64,000 bases of DNA from Promethearchaeati archaeon (GCA_013166775.1 JABLTJ010000001.1:32001-96000); one strand, 5' to 3'; shown: positions 38,652 to 48,103, counted from the first letter of the stretch. Numbers and translations are program-made. The notes: generated by a model not told the origin, from the sequence alone.

Positions 38652-40097
38652 TCATTTCTTTTCATTTAATAAACTTAATAATGAATCTCTTTTTTTCTCA
38701 TCCGTAAAGTAATGACTCAATTCTTCAATTTCTCTTTTTATTCCTTCCTTCTTTTCTATTTTTGAATCGATTTCATAATACTTCTCAAATAATTCTAAAA
38801 TTACATGAATAATCTTCTCATCTTTCATCATTTCTAATGATATAAGTTCTCTATTGTTTCTATAGAAATCGTATGCTCTTATGTATGCTCCTATTCTCTC
38901 CCTTCTCTCATCTTTCTTTTCTTCTAGTTTGTTGAGCATATCCACAATTTTAATTAGAAACGTTATTATATCTTTAACTTCTTCCCCTTCGTACATGTAA
39001 TGTATCCTGCTCAAGAATGATTCAATCATTTCAAAATATGGTAAATCTATTCCCTCTCCCGCAAATTCGAGTAATTTCTTCCCATAAATTTCGAATATTG
39101 GTCTCATATTTTTTTCCTTTACTTCCCATTGCAAAAAAAGAGCTTTCTTTAGATCATTTAATATTTCTCTACATAATCCCCTTATTTGTGTTTCTTTTTC
39201 TCCTTGCTTCTTTTTCTTCTTGTAGAAATTATAAAGTAACGCACTTCTCATCAATCTCTCATTAATGATATTTTCACATTCATAGTATTGTTGATTGGAT
39301 AAACTATCTCCTAAATTTATACAAAAAGTTATCTTAAATAGAATGGTGGATAGCAAGATTAATTTTCTTTCTATTATGTTTTCTTCATCTTTCACATATG
39401 GATTCTGAAGTATTGTAGAATAGAAATTCACTAATGCACGTAATATATTTCTTGCTAAATTCTCTTCCTCATCCTTTTCAAATACCCTATTTTTGAAATA
39501 GAAAAATCTATTATACACTTCCGCAACTATACTGAAACCTATCCCTACTTCTGGAAATGGTTGTAAGATGTCTCCTGTTTCTATTTTTCTATTTAGATTC
39601 TCTGCTATCTTTTCCACTTTTTTTTCAAAACTATATTCCTTCTGTAAATCGTATTTTGATAGTACAGTCTCTGTTGCATCTTCTGATAGAATGTATTTTG
39701 CAGTAGATAAATATTTTAATTCTTCATCTGCTAGTTCAAACAAATTTAAAAAATCCCAATCAATAAAGCCAGATCTACTATCAAATTCTTTTTCTCCGTA
39801 TTTCTCCTTAAGGTATTCTCTTGTTTTCCTCTCATATATTACATCAATAAATCGTTCTTTCTCTTTTTGATATTGAACTCCTACAATAAAAGCTGTGGGT
39901 TCTTTTTCATTTATTAGACTATTACACGAATGGCATTTCTCCTCCCCTTCTTTGATTGAATTTTGACAATTAGAGCAAAGTAATTCTTTAGAGAACAAAA
40001 GAATCCCACATTTAAAACAGAACTTAATAGATGAATTGTTCATTACTTTACAGTTTATGCATTGATAAACTGAATGTGCTATTTTTTTATTCAACAT
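38652..40097 (-). CDS. double zinc-ribbon protein with long helical C-terminus
   Basis: CINC..FCFKCG..CSNC..CHSC; start uncertain (track start 40190). Confidence 0.65.
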   Translation of the reverse strand: MLNKKIAHSVYQCINCKVMNNSSIKFCFKCGILLFSKELLCSNCQNSIKEGEEKCHSCNSLINEKEPTAFIVGVQYQKEKERFIDVIYERKTREYLKEKYGEKEFDSRSGFIDWDFLNLFELADEELKYLSTAKYILSEDATETVLSKYDLQKEYSFEKKVEKIAENLNRKIETGDILQPFPEVGIGFSIVAEVYNRFFYFKNRVFEKDEEENLARNILRALVNFYSTILQNPYVKDEENIIERKLILLSTILFKITFCINLGDSLSNQQYYECENIINERLMRSALLYNFYKKKKKQGEKETQIRGLCREILNDLKKALFLQWEVKEKNMRPIFEIYGKKLLEFAGEGIDLPYFEMIESFLSRIHYMYEGEEVKDIITFLIKIVDMLNKLEEKKDERRERIGAYIRAYDFYRNNRELISLEMMKDEKIIHVILELFEKYYEIDSKIEKKEGIKREIEELSHYFTDEKKRDSLLSLLNEKK

Positions 40098-40169
40098 TAT
40101 TTCAACACACTGTCTACAATACCTATGTTCTTCTGTACATTTAAGCTTTCTGAAGCAAAAAGAAAGTAG

Positions 40170-40298
40170 ATGAGTGAAACTGTTGCTCACACATCTTTAA
40201 TTCAGGAAATACCTCCCCAGTTTGCTGTTACCCACTTAAAGAAATCAATTGCTTTTGGTGTTTTAGGTTTCAAATACTTCACAAAGTGGAAGAAATAA
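40170..40298 (+). pseudogene. remnant of a VOC/glyoxalase-family gene
   Basis: 42 codons MSETVAHTSLIQEIPPQFAVTHLKKSIAFGVLGF..., matching the P..V.DL..SI.FY..VLGF start with a deletion. Confidence 0.45.
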
Positions 40299-40350
40299 AC
40301 ATTTCATATTTTGTCTTTTTTTCTTCTATTTCTTTATCAAGTTCGATTTT

Positions 40351-41085
40351 TTAGTTATTTTTCTGTAGAAGCACAAAGAAGTTATCTTTTCCACTTTTCC
40401 CTCCTGCTAGAGTAATGTTACATATTTCCAAATTACTAGCTTCTAGAATCCCTAAAAGTTCTCTCTTTGTAAATAAATGATAATATCTATTTGCCACTAC
40501 GTGTTTATCTTTATTAAACCAAGGAAGAAAAATATCCCCGTGCCTCCATTTATTATTTAAGATTTTTTTTATTGGAAAAGCAATTATATCAAATACCATT
40601 TTTTTCAGAGTATCAGGTTTCCATCGTCTCCAAAATGATAGGATGACATATCCTTTAGGCTTTAGAATATTTGAAATATTTCTCAATACAGCTATTGTCT
40701 CTTTTTTATTTTCCAAGTGATGAGCAGTTGCAATACACAAAATTAAATCTGCTGCATTCTCTCTTATTGGGATTCTTCTCATATCGTTGTTTAGAATGTG
40801 GAGCTTTTGAATAGGGAGATCAACTAAATTCCTCAGTAAATCAATTGATAAATCTGAAGCTAAAAAGTGCCATTCTTGATCCTTAAGAAGTTCCAAATTT
40901 CTTCCATTTCCTGTACCAATATCTACTAGTACCCCCTCATAGGGTAGGGAATGTTGTTTTCCAATATTTATAAGATATTGTTGGAAATCTCTCCATGGTC
41001 TATTTTTTACTTCGACATATTTTGGAGTAATCTTCCTATATTCCTCCATTAAACTATATTCGTTGCTTGAGCTCTTTTTCTTCAA
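40351..41085 (-). CDS. class I SAM methyltransferase, Trm9/ALKBH8-like
   Basis: DIGTGNGRN, IATAHHL, PW..RYYHLF motifs. Confidence 0.8.
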   Translation of the reverse strand: MKKKSSSNEYSLMEEYRKITPKYVEVKNRPWRDFQQYLINIGKQHSLPYEGVLVDIGTGNGRNLELLKDQEWHFLASDLSIDLLRNLVDLPIQKLHILNNDMRRIPIRENAADLILCIATAHHLENKKETIAVLRNISNILKPKGYVILSFWRRWKPDTLKKMVFDIIAFPIKKILNNKWRHGDIFLPWFNKDKHVVANRYYHLFTKRELLGILEASNLEICNITLAGGKSGKDNFFVLLQKNN

Positions 41086-41206
41086 TATGATAAAGCTGTT
41101 GTGATTATATATTTCAATTTTCTTTTCTGAACTATCAATGTAGCTTATGATAAATTTTAAATATTCACTTTTCTTTACTCAAAATGAGTGAATTATTTCA
41201 AAGAGA

Positions 41207-42166
41207 GTGAATGAAATGGCAGAACTTAATGTGGTTGTTGTAGGTGTAGGGAGTTGGGGAAAGAATCACGCAAGAGTATTCAACGAACTACAAGAATCAA
41301 ATTTAATAGGTGTTTATGATCTTGACCAGAACAAAGCTAAGATTCTTGCAAAGCAATTTAATGTTAAATCATTTCCCAATTTAGAAGATATTTTCAATTC
41401 GGAACAAGTAGACGCTGTAACAGTTGCATCTCCAACATCAACCCATAGTGAAATATCTCTAAAAGCTATTGAACACGGAAAACACGTTTTAATTGAGAAA
41501 CCAATGACAAGTTCGATAGAAGAAGCTGAGAAAATCATAGAAAAAGAAAAAGATTCAGATGTTGTTGTTTCTGTAGGTTTCATTGAAAGATTCAATCCAA
41601 TTGTTAAAAGATCAAAAACATTGATTGAAGAAGCTGAACTAGGGGATTTAGTACTTATTAGTGCTAGACGTTTAGGTCCATATTGGCCTGATAGATTGAA
41701 AGATGTTGATGTCATCAGGGATGTGAGTATACATGATATTGATGTTTTTGGATATTTATTAGGAAAAGATCCTATTTCTGTTTATGCTAGAGGAGGAAAA
41801 TTAAGGCACCCATATTTCGATTATGCGGAAATATTGCTAGATTATGGAGAAGGAATCACTGGATTTATTGAATCAAATTATCTTACTCCACATAAACTTC
41901 GAAAACTTATGCTAACATGTGAGCAAGGAATTGTTGAAGCTGATTACATCACTCAAGATTATGTAATTGAAGATCAAGAATGGGCAAAGCAACAAAAGAT
42001 TCAATGGCAAGAACCATTAAAGGCAGAGATGTTGAGTTTTATTAATGCTTGTTTAGCGAAAAAAACACCTCACATTACATCTACTGATGGCTTGAAAGCT
42101 TTAAAGATAGCCGTAGCATCAATAAGGAGTATTCAATCACATAAGGTTATCGAACTTGATTTATGA
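41207..42166 (+). CDS. Gfo/Idh/MocA oxidoreductase (UDP-GlcNAc 3-dehydrogenase-like)
   Basis: GVGSWGKNH, EKP, GFIERFNP, IHDID. Confidence 0.9.
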   Translation: MNEMAELNVVVVGVGSWGKNHARVFNELQESNLIGVYDLDQNKAKILAKQFNVKSFPNLEDIFNSEQVDAVTVASPTSTHSEISLKAIEHGKHVLIEKPMTSSIEEAEKIIEKEKDSDVVVSVGFIERFNPIVKRSKTLIEEAELGDLVLISARRLGPYWPDRLKDVDVIRDVSIHDIDVFGYLLGKDPISVYARGGKLRHPYFDYAEILLDYGEGITGFIESNYLTPHKLRKLMLTCEQGIVEADYITQDYVIEDQEWAKQQKIQWQEPLKAEMLSFINACLAKKTPHITSTDGLKALKIAVASIRSIQSHKVIELDL

Positions 42167-42205
42167 TATTTTTTAAAAAGAAAATAAAAAGAAAAGTGTG
42201 AGTGA

Positions 42206-43654
42206 CTATTTTAAGCCAAGCAATCCAGCAAGTGCTGGTACTGTCTCACTAATCTGTTCACTCGCAAATATCTCATAATATTGTCTTAGGATACCCGTTG
42301 TAAGTAGAATTCCTGTACCCGTACCTAACGCTCCTAGAAAATCTGCTACTGCAGCTAGGATACCAATAAAGAATCCTCCTATCCATGCAGCGATAGGAAT
42401 ATATCTTTCGAGATATCTTTCAACTATCTTTGGATTACGTCTAAATCCCGGAATTTGCATATTTGCATCCAATAATTGCTTTGCAACATTCTTTGAACTC
42501 ATACCTGCCGTATCTATCCAGATCCGTGAGAAAACACCACAGAGTATTATCATGAAGAACATATATGCAATAGCATTCCCAGGATGGACTCCAACCTGTT
42601 CTGGTCCATACGGAGCCGTAGTTAAGGCAGCCAATCCTGAGACTGGCTGCAGTTGAGTCGTATCCGGTATTTCTTCCCATCTCCCCATGAAATTCACTAA
42701 GAAGAATTTGATACCCGTACTCTCATTTGACCATTTGTTGTGCATCAGATTTGATATGAAGTAAACATTAGCAAAGAGAGCACTAACAAGTATTACTGGA
42801 ATGTTGGAAGTATATAGGAACTTAATTGGATAGCGAGCTGGCATTTTATATTGACTATGTTGAACAGGAATTTCAACCTTTATAGAATCAACATAAATTA
42901 CCATTGCGAATACTACAATTGTAGCTAACAAACCAACAAGATCTGGGGTTCTTCCAGGTCTACTGAATGGAGTGGCTACATCACCTCTACCTATTCCTTG
43001 AAAGAAGGCTAAAATAGCTCCTCTATACCACATCACTCCTCCAGATGATTCTTGAGTCAAACTAAACATTCCATCAAAGATATTGAAACAAACACTTGCA
43101 GCAATAAAGAGACTTATTCCACTTCCTAGTCCATATCCTTTCTGAATAACTTCATCCATAAGCAAGATAACCAATCCTGCTACAATTAATTGTGTTAAGA
43201 TAAGCATTTGTGCTTCAAAAGTTAGATCTTCACCATAAGCACCACCAAGAATATATGCTAAAGCTTCGAACAGAGTCATCAATATAGCAAGTACTTTTTG
43301 TGTTCCAGTGTACAATGCTCTTTCCTCAGAACTAGTGAAATCTACTTTGATTATCTGCGAACCCACTAGTAGTTGCATAATCAAACCTGCTGTAACAATC
43401 GGACCAATACCGAGTTCAGCTAAACTTCCTCTTTGGGAAGCTAATATTGCTCTCATTGCAAAGAAAGGATCAGTACCTTGACCTGCTTCTCTTGGTACGC
43501 CGACAATGGGTATATTCAGCATTGCTAAATAGAGAGCCAGTATTCCGAAAGTCCAAGCTAGCTTTCTTTTGAAAGAAGGCTTTCTCGCTGGTTTTTTTAT
43601 TTCAAACGTAAAACGTTGAAATGGTTTGAAAAGCATCAAAAACTTCGAAGCCAT
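42206..43654 (-). CDS. secY: preprotein translocase SecY/Sec61alpha
   Basis: ELGIGPIVTA, KGYGLGSGISLFIA, YTSNIP, QIPGFR, GTGILL. Confidence 0.97.
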   Translation of the reverse strand: MASKFLMLFKPFQRFTFEIKKPARKPSFKRKLAWTFGILALYLAMLNIPIVGVPREAGQGTDPFFAMRAILASQRGSLAELGIGPIVTAGLIMQLLVGSQIIKVDFTSSEERALYTGTQKVLAILMTLFEALAYILGGAYGEDLTFEAQMLILTQLIVAGLVILLMDEVIQKGYGLGSGISLFIAASVCFNIFDGMFSLTQESSGGVMWYRGAILAFFQGIGRGDVATPFSRPGRTPDLVGLLATIVVFAMVIYVDSIKVEIPVQHSQYKMPARYPIKFLYTSNIPVILVSALFANVYFISNLMHNKWSNESTGIKFFLVNFMGRWEEIPDTTQLQPVSGLAALTTAPYGPEQVGVHPGNAIAYMFFMIILCGVFSRIWIDTAGMSSKNVAKQLLDANMQIPGFRRNPKIVERYLERYIPIAAWIGGFFIGILAAVADFLGALGTGTGILLTTGILRQYYEIFASEQISETVPALAGLLGLK

Positions 43655-43740
43655 AGGTGTCACCGGTCGGTTTTAATCCAATAGAAGTGCTTCTATTTAT
43701 AAGCATTTTTGCCTTCAACAAATTTCTACGGCAGTTATTT

Positions 43741-44346
43741 TCATTTTGAAAGAACACAGCCTCTGAAGTATTTGTATGAATGTTTAAATGAGTGATATGG
43801 CCAAATTTTATCTTCGGTTATAATAATATCATTAGCAAATGCTAGTGCATTACCTATACCCAATCCAATCTCTCTGATTTCTCGGCTAATGAAATTATCC
43901 CATTTAGCTAAATCTTGATCTTCTTGTGTTTTCTCGAGATATCTCCCTGAAACCTTGAAACGATCTGGATTCTTTACTCTGTTGAATCTTGTATTCTGAC
44001 TTGCATGAAAACCCAATACCTTTATGTTTTTTGTACCAAAATGCTTTCTAGCAAAATCAATTTCAGCTGGTGACTTTATACCATTTAAAAGAAGAATAGA
44101 TGAATCTTTATAGTTTTCATACTCATATTCAAGAATAGCTTGAGTAAATGCAGTAGGGTCTTTAGAAAGAAGTTCTTTAATTATCTTCGATGTATTAGTG
44201 TGATTAACCTCTAAACCTTGGTGTTTGATTTCATGATAAACAGCATGACCTGTCTCTATCATTGGGATTCCTTTTTCTTCTCTTAACGTATGGCCATGTG
44301 AGGACTTTCCACTAAGTTGCATTCCCACAAGTATGAAGACTTTCAT
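43741..44346 (-). CDS. UPF0200/dephospho-CoA-kinase-like P-loop protein
   Basis: VGMQLSGKS, GIKSPAE, REI..GIGNALAFA. Confidence 0.7.
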   Translation of the reverse strand: MKVFILVGMQLSGKSSHGHTLREEKGIPMIETGHAVYHEIKHQGLEVNHTNTSKIIKELLSKDPTAFTQAILEYEYENYKDSSILLLNGIKSPAEIDFARKHFGTKNIKVLGFHASQNTRFNRVKNPDRFKVSGRYLEKTQEDQDLAKWDNFISREIREIGLGIGNALAFANDIIITEDKIWPYHSFKHSYKYFRGCVLSK

Positions 44347-44467
44347 CGTTTCCGTTTTCTAATATAGGAGTAGAAGAAAAGGTTTTCGGACTAATATTGT
44401 TCTAATATTAGCACCTCATGGTAATATTTTTATTACAAACAAATTTACACCTCTATAATCATTTCTT

Positions 44468-44552
44468 GCCAGGATATCCAAGCGGTTACGGAGATGCATT
44501 GGAAATGCATTGCCCTTGAGGCGCCGGGGTTCAAATCCCCGTCCTGGCTCCA
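44468..44552 (+). tRNA. tRNA-Ser(GGA), intronless, CCA encoded
   Basis: GCCAGGA/TCCTGGC acceptor, ATGCA TTGGAAA TGCAT anticodon arm, long variable arm, CGGGG TTCAAAT CCCCG T arm. Confidence 0.93.
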
Positions 44553-44630
44553 TTTTCTAAATAAAATCACGCTTTAAAATTCTCGCTTAAGCAAATACTT
44601 AAAAAAATCATATATGCAGTCTTCTTGAAA

Positions 44631-44735
44631 TCGTTTGTGCTATAATTGAAAGAAAGCACATGGCGAAGCTCGATGGAGAACAACTCTCCCATTCTTGAAT
44701 TAAGAAGTGTAGAGCACTGCAACTTCGGGTTGTGG
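44631..44735 (+). ncRNA. candidate structured leader of the uS13-uS4-uS11 operon
   Basis: Hairpin + three-way junction + hairpin built from consecutive complementary stems. Confidence 0.6.
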
Positions 44736-44761
44736 AATACAAAATAATGAAAAGTGATAAT

Positions 44762-45205
44762 ATGTCATTTCGCCATTTAGTTAGAATTAAGTCTACAGAT
44801 TTAGAAGGGCATCTTCCCGTTTCTCTAGGTCTTTCAAAGATATCTGGAGTAAATAGAAGATTAGCTCAAACAATTGTAAGAACTCTTAACATCTCTTCTT
44901 CTGAACGCGTTGGTTCTCTTACTGATGTAACTATAAAGGAAATTGAAAGTATCATTTCTGATCCAGTCGCTGCAGGAATACCAGAATGGATGGTTAATAG
45001 AAGGAAAGATCGTCAAACAGGTGATAATTTACATATCACTGAGGCTCAGCTTATTCTCCAAACTAAGCAAGATATCGAAAGATATATCCGTATTCGTAGC
45101 CGACGAGGAATCAGACACTCATTTAAACTTAAAGTAAGAGGGCAAAAGACTCGAACCCATGGAAAAAGCGGAACAACCGTGGGTGTATCGAAGAGGAAAA
45201 GATAG
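44762..45205 (+). CDS. rps13: 30S ribosomal protein uS13
   Basis: FRHLVRI, IPEWMVNRRKD, RGIRH..KVRGQKT. Confidence 0.96.
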   Translation: MSFRHLVRIKSTDLEGHLPVSLGLSKISGVNRRLAQTIVRTLNISSSERVGSLTDVTIKEIESIISDPVAAGIPEWMVNRRKDRQTGDNLHITEAQLILQTKQDIERYIRIRSRRGIRHSFKLKVRGQKTRTHGKSGTTVGVSKRKR

Positions 45206-45214
45206 GGTGAGAAC

Positions 45215-46297
45215 ATGGGTGGAATTAGAAGACAAAGAAAGAAAATCATAACTCCTGGTCATCCATATGATCAAGCTCGATTAGAAAGAGAACTCCCCTT
45301 AGTAGGAGAATATGGTCTTAGAAATAAACGCGAATTATGGAAAGCTAGAACCGTTCTCTCAAAAGCTAGACAACAAGCTCGTGGTCTTTTAGCTCTTGAT
45401 CCTGATATCAGAAGCCAAAGAGAAAGAGAACTTCTTTCACGATTATCAAGATTTGGAATGCTTTCAGAAAGTGCTGATTTGGATTCAGTTCTTGCGTTAG
45501 ATGTAAAAACAGTACTTGATCGAAGACTACAAACTATTGTTTTCAGAATAGGTTTAGCTAGTACACCTTATCAAGCTAGACAATTTATTTCACATAGACA
45601 TATTGCAATAGACAAAGGAGTAGTTACATCACCAAGTAGGTTGATAACAGTAAAAGAAGAAAGCGGAATTGCTTATGCTCCAAGATCCCCACTAAATAAT
45701 CCACAACATCCATCTAGACCACAAGCTCCTCCAGTAGTTGAGGAACCTGAAAAAACTGAGAAACCCAGGCCCAAAGCTAAACCTGCTCCTAAGGAAGAGC
45801 AACGTAAACCTGCTCCTAAGGAAGAGCAACGTAAACCTGCTCCTAAGGAAGAGCAACGTAAACCTGCTCCTAAGGAAGAGCAACCTAGGGTAATCGAAAA
45901 GAAAGCAGAGGTTAAACCTAAGGAAGTAGAAAAGAAAGCAGAGGTTAAACCTAAGGAAGTAGAAAAGAAAGCAGAGGTTAAACCTAAGGAAGAGCAACCT
46001 AAGCCCAAACCTACACCTACACCTGAGGTGAAAGAAGCACCAAAAGAGAAAAAACCTCCTGCTAAACCTATCGAGGAGAAATCTAAAGTTGCAACTATAG
46101 CTGATCTTTCTCAGATTGAAGGTATAGGTGCAAAGACAGCAATGCTTTTACAAGATCATGGTTTCAAAACCGCACAAAAAATCGCTGGATCATCAGTTGA
46201 TGATATTACTAAAGTTCCAGGAATTGGCCCAGCTACCGCTGAAAAGATGATCAAGAACGCAAAGGCTCTTGTCAAAAAAGCAGGGGAAGGTAAGTAG
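45215..46297 (+). CDS. rps4: 30S ribosomal protein uS4 fused to a repeat linker and a C-terminal HhH domain
   Basis: [25 protein letters not shown]; C-terminal IEGIG..TA and VPGIGPATA. Confidence 0.95.
   Translation: MGGIRRQRKKIITPGHPYDQARLERELPLVGEYGLRNKRELWKARTVLSKARQQARGLLALDPDIRSQRERELLSRLSRFGMLSESADLDSVLALDVKTVLDRRLQTIVFRIGLASTPYQARQFISHRHIAIDKGVVTSPSRLITVKEESGIAYAPRSPLNNPQHPSRPQAPPVVEEPEKTEKPRPKAKPAPKEEQRKPAPKEEQRKPAPKEEQRKPAPKEEQPRVIEKKAEVKPKEVEKKAEVKPKEVEKKAEVKPKEEQPKPKPTPTPEVKEAPKEKKPPAKPIEEKSKVATIADLSQIEGIGAKTAMLLQDHGFKTAQKIAGSSVDDITKVPGIGPATAEKMIKNAKALVKKAGEGK
45779..45886 (+). repeat. 27-nt in-frame tandem repeat x4 (KPAPKEEQR)
   Basis: aaacctgctcctaaggaagagcaacgt at 45779, 45806, 45833, 45860. 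Confidence 0.97.
45896..45994 (+). repeat. 33-nt in-frame tandem repeat x3 ([11 protein letters not shown])
   Basis: gaaaagaaagcagaggttaaacctaaggaagta at 45896, 45929, 45962. Confidence 0.97.
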
Positions 46298-46305
46298 GTG
46301 ATTTT

Positions 46306-46752
46306 ATGAGTGAAACAAAAACAGAAAAAACAGAGACAGAAGCTAAAGAAGCTAGACCAAGGAGAAGAGAATCAAAATTCGGTATTGCTCACATTTTTTC
46401 AAGCTATAATGATACTATTGTTCACATTACTGACATCTCCGGTGCTGAAACTTTCAGCCGTAAAAGCGGAGGAATGTTTGTCAAAGCAGACAGAAACGAG
46501 TCCAGTCCTTACGCAGCAATGAAAGCAGCAAATGCAGCGGCACAAGAAGCGCAAAGTAAAGGAGTGTATCAACTATATGTACGTTACAGAGCACCAGGAG
46601 GACATAAAAACCGTACTCCAGGACCAGGAACACAAGCAGCATTACGATCGTTGAAAAGGTCAGGAATGAGAATACTAAGACTAGAAGATGTAACACCTCT
46701 CCCACACAATGGATGCAGAAGAAAAGGGGGCCGTAGAGGCCGTAGAATGTAA
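46306..46752 (+). CDS. rps11: 30S ribosomal protein uS11
   Basis: [31 protein letters not shown]. Confidence 0.97.
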   Translation: MSETKTEKTETEAKEARPRRRESKFGIAHIFSSYNDTIVHITDISGAETFSRKSGGMFVKADRNESSPYAAMKAANAAAQEAQSKGVYQLYVRYRAPGGHKNRTPGPGTQAALRSLKRSGMRILRLEDVTPLPHNGCRRKGGRRGRRM

Positions 46753-46754
46753 AA

Positions 46755-46812
46755 TTCATCTTCTTTCATTTTTTATTTTATTACTTTTATTTTTGTAATA
46801 TTTGGGTTTATT
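46755..46812 (+). terminator. T-rich archaeal terminator after uS11
   Basis: Successive oligo-T tracts directly after the stop codon. Confidence 0.5.
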
Positions 46813-46860
46813 AAGCAATTTATCTATTATGTTTTTGATTGATTTGAGTCTAGAAAATGA

Positions 46861-47028
46861 AGGAAGTACTTTACCCAAGGAAAACGAACCTGTATAGTGC
46901 TGGGAGCAGGGAATACTCTGGAAGAGGTAATTCAAACAGGCTGCAGCAGTATTCCCAAACGCTATTCTGATCCACGATTCAGAATTGATATTGGAATGGA
47001 GTTTATTATTGAGAAAATAGTATTTTGA
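46861..47028 (+). pseudogene. C-terminal remnant resembling phosphoribosylamine-glycine ligase (PurD)
   Basis: KYFTQGKRTCIVLGAGNTLEEV...FRIDIG matches the PurD C-terminal G.TLEEA...R.DIG pattern; in-frame stop upstream, no start. Confidence 0.5.
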
Positions 47029-47914
47029 AATCTTCTGGGGCTATACTTGCAGTTTTGTTTGCAATATCTCTCATTTCCAAATAATGGTCCCTCATACCCG
47101 TTTCTGGATATCTGATATTATAATGCCTGTATCTGACGAATGCTGTGCAAAGTGCACCATATATTGTAAAAGATTGCAAACTATCCATTTCTCTATTACT
47201 GAGATGACGAACAGAGAGATACCCCCTAAGTAATTCCGACATCTTGATAAAATCCAGTTTGGCATCCACTCTGCAGCTCCCCACAAACGCCATACCAATA
47301 TCCATTGCATAAGGGGCAATACAAGCCTCTTCGAAGTCAATTAGGTAATATTTATCGCCCACAATCACATTATCAGCAAAAACATCTGAATGAATAACTC
47401 CCTGTGGAAGATCCATAGGTGGGAAATCAAAGGAATACAACCAAGATTTGAACTCCGGGTTCTTCCAGTGATCTGTCTCGAACCAGTGAGTATGCCCGTA
47501 GGGATGATCAACAGGTAATTGAGTATCTAGGTCAAGGCTATGCAGTTGAGCGATTAAACATCCGAGATCAAATACGCGATCTGACGAGGAAAGAATAGAT
47601 CCAGGTATGAATTTTTTCAAAATAACTGGATATCCCTTGTAATCAACCGAATAACTACCGTCTTCTGAGACAACGGGTTTGTAGGTTTGAAATTGTGCAC
47701 CATTCAGTTGGAGAACAAGATCAAGCACACCCTCGATCTCCTCATGAGATTTCTCATTACAGACTGTAAGAATAAACTCTCCACTGCTACTCTTCAGGAA
47801 GTAGGATGTATTGGCCGCACCTCCATGTATGTACCTGAAATCATGTACATAACAAGCAAATTTTTCAGCAAGAATAGTAATGGTCTTGAAGTTAAGATTA
47901 CTCAGTTTGGCCAT
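47006..47914 (-). CDS. thrB: homoserine kinase type II (APH-like fold)
   Basis: GGAANTSY, LPQGVIHSDVFADNV, IDFEEAC. Confidence 0.75.
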   Translation of the reverse strand: MAKLSNLNFKTITILAEKFACYVHDFRYIHGGAANTSYFLKSSSGEFILTVCNEKSHEEIEGVLDLVLQLNGAQFQTYKPVVSEDGSYSVDYKGYPVILKKFIPGSILSSSDRVFDLGCLIAQLHSLDLDTQLPVDHPYGHTHWFETDHWKNPEFKSWLYSFDFPPMDLPQGVIHSDVFADNVIVGDKYYLIDFEEACIAPYAMDIGMAFVGSCRVDAKLDFIKMSELLRGYLSVRHLSNREMDSLQSFTIYGALCTAFVRYRHYNIRYPETGMRDHYLEMRDIANKTASIAPEDFKILFSQ

Positions 47915-47924
47915 CCAATCCCCT

Positions 47925-48060
47925 TTATGTGATTCTATATGGTCTCACTGGATCGAAGTCGATGAGAAGAATATCTCTCCATCCTTTTCGTATGCCATCT
48001 TTTGATTCTATAGGAGAGACTCCATGAGAGATTTCATCATCACTGAATATCGATCGATCG
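47925..48060 (-). pseudogene. C-terminal remnant of a 2OG-Fe(II) dioxygenase-family gene
   Basis: IFSDDEISHGVSPI...GWRDILLIDF, matching the HGV.PI...G.RD.L.I.F C-terminus; no plausible start. Confidence 0.5.
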
Positions 48061-48103
48061 TTTAAATATAATTCTTTTATAGTGAAATCAGCTTCCTTCC
48101 TTA

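Noticed and set aside
44631-44735. SRP RNA, RNase P RNA or SECIS as the identity of the structured segment
   Set aside because: No SRP helix-8 or RNase P P4 consensus; lies 5' of a gene with no in-frame UGA
45673-46008. Antisense repeat ORFs opposite rps4
   Set aside because: Shadows of the 27/33-nt repeats
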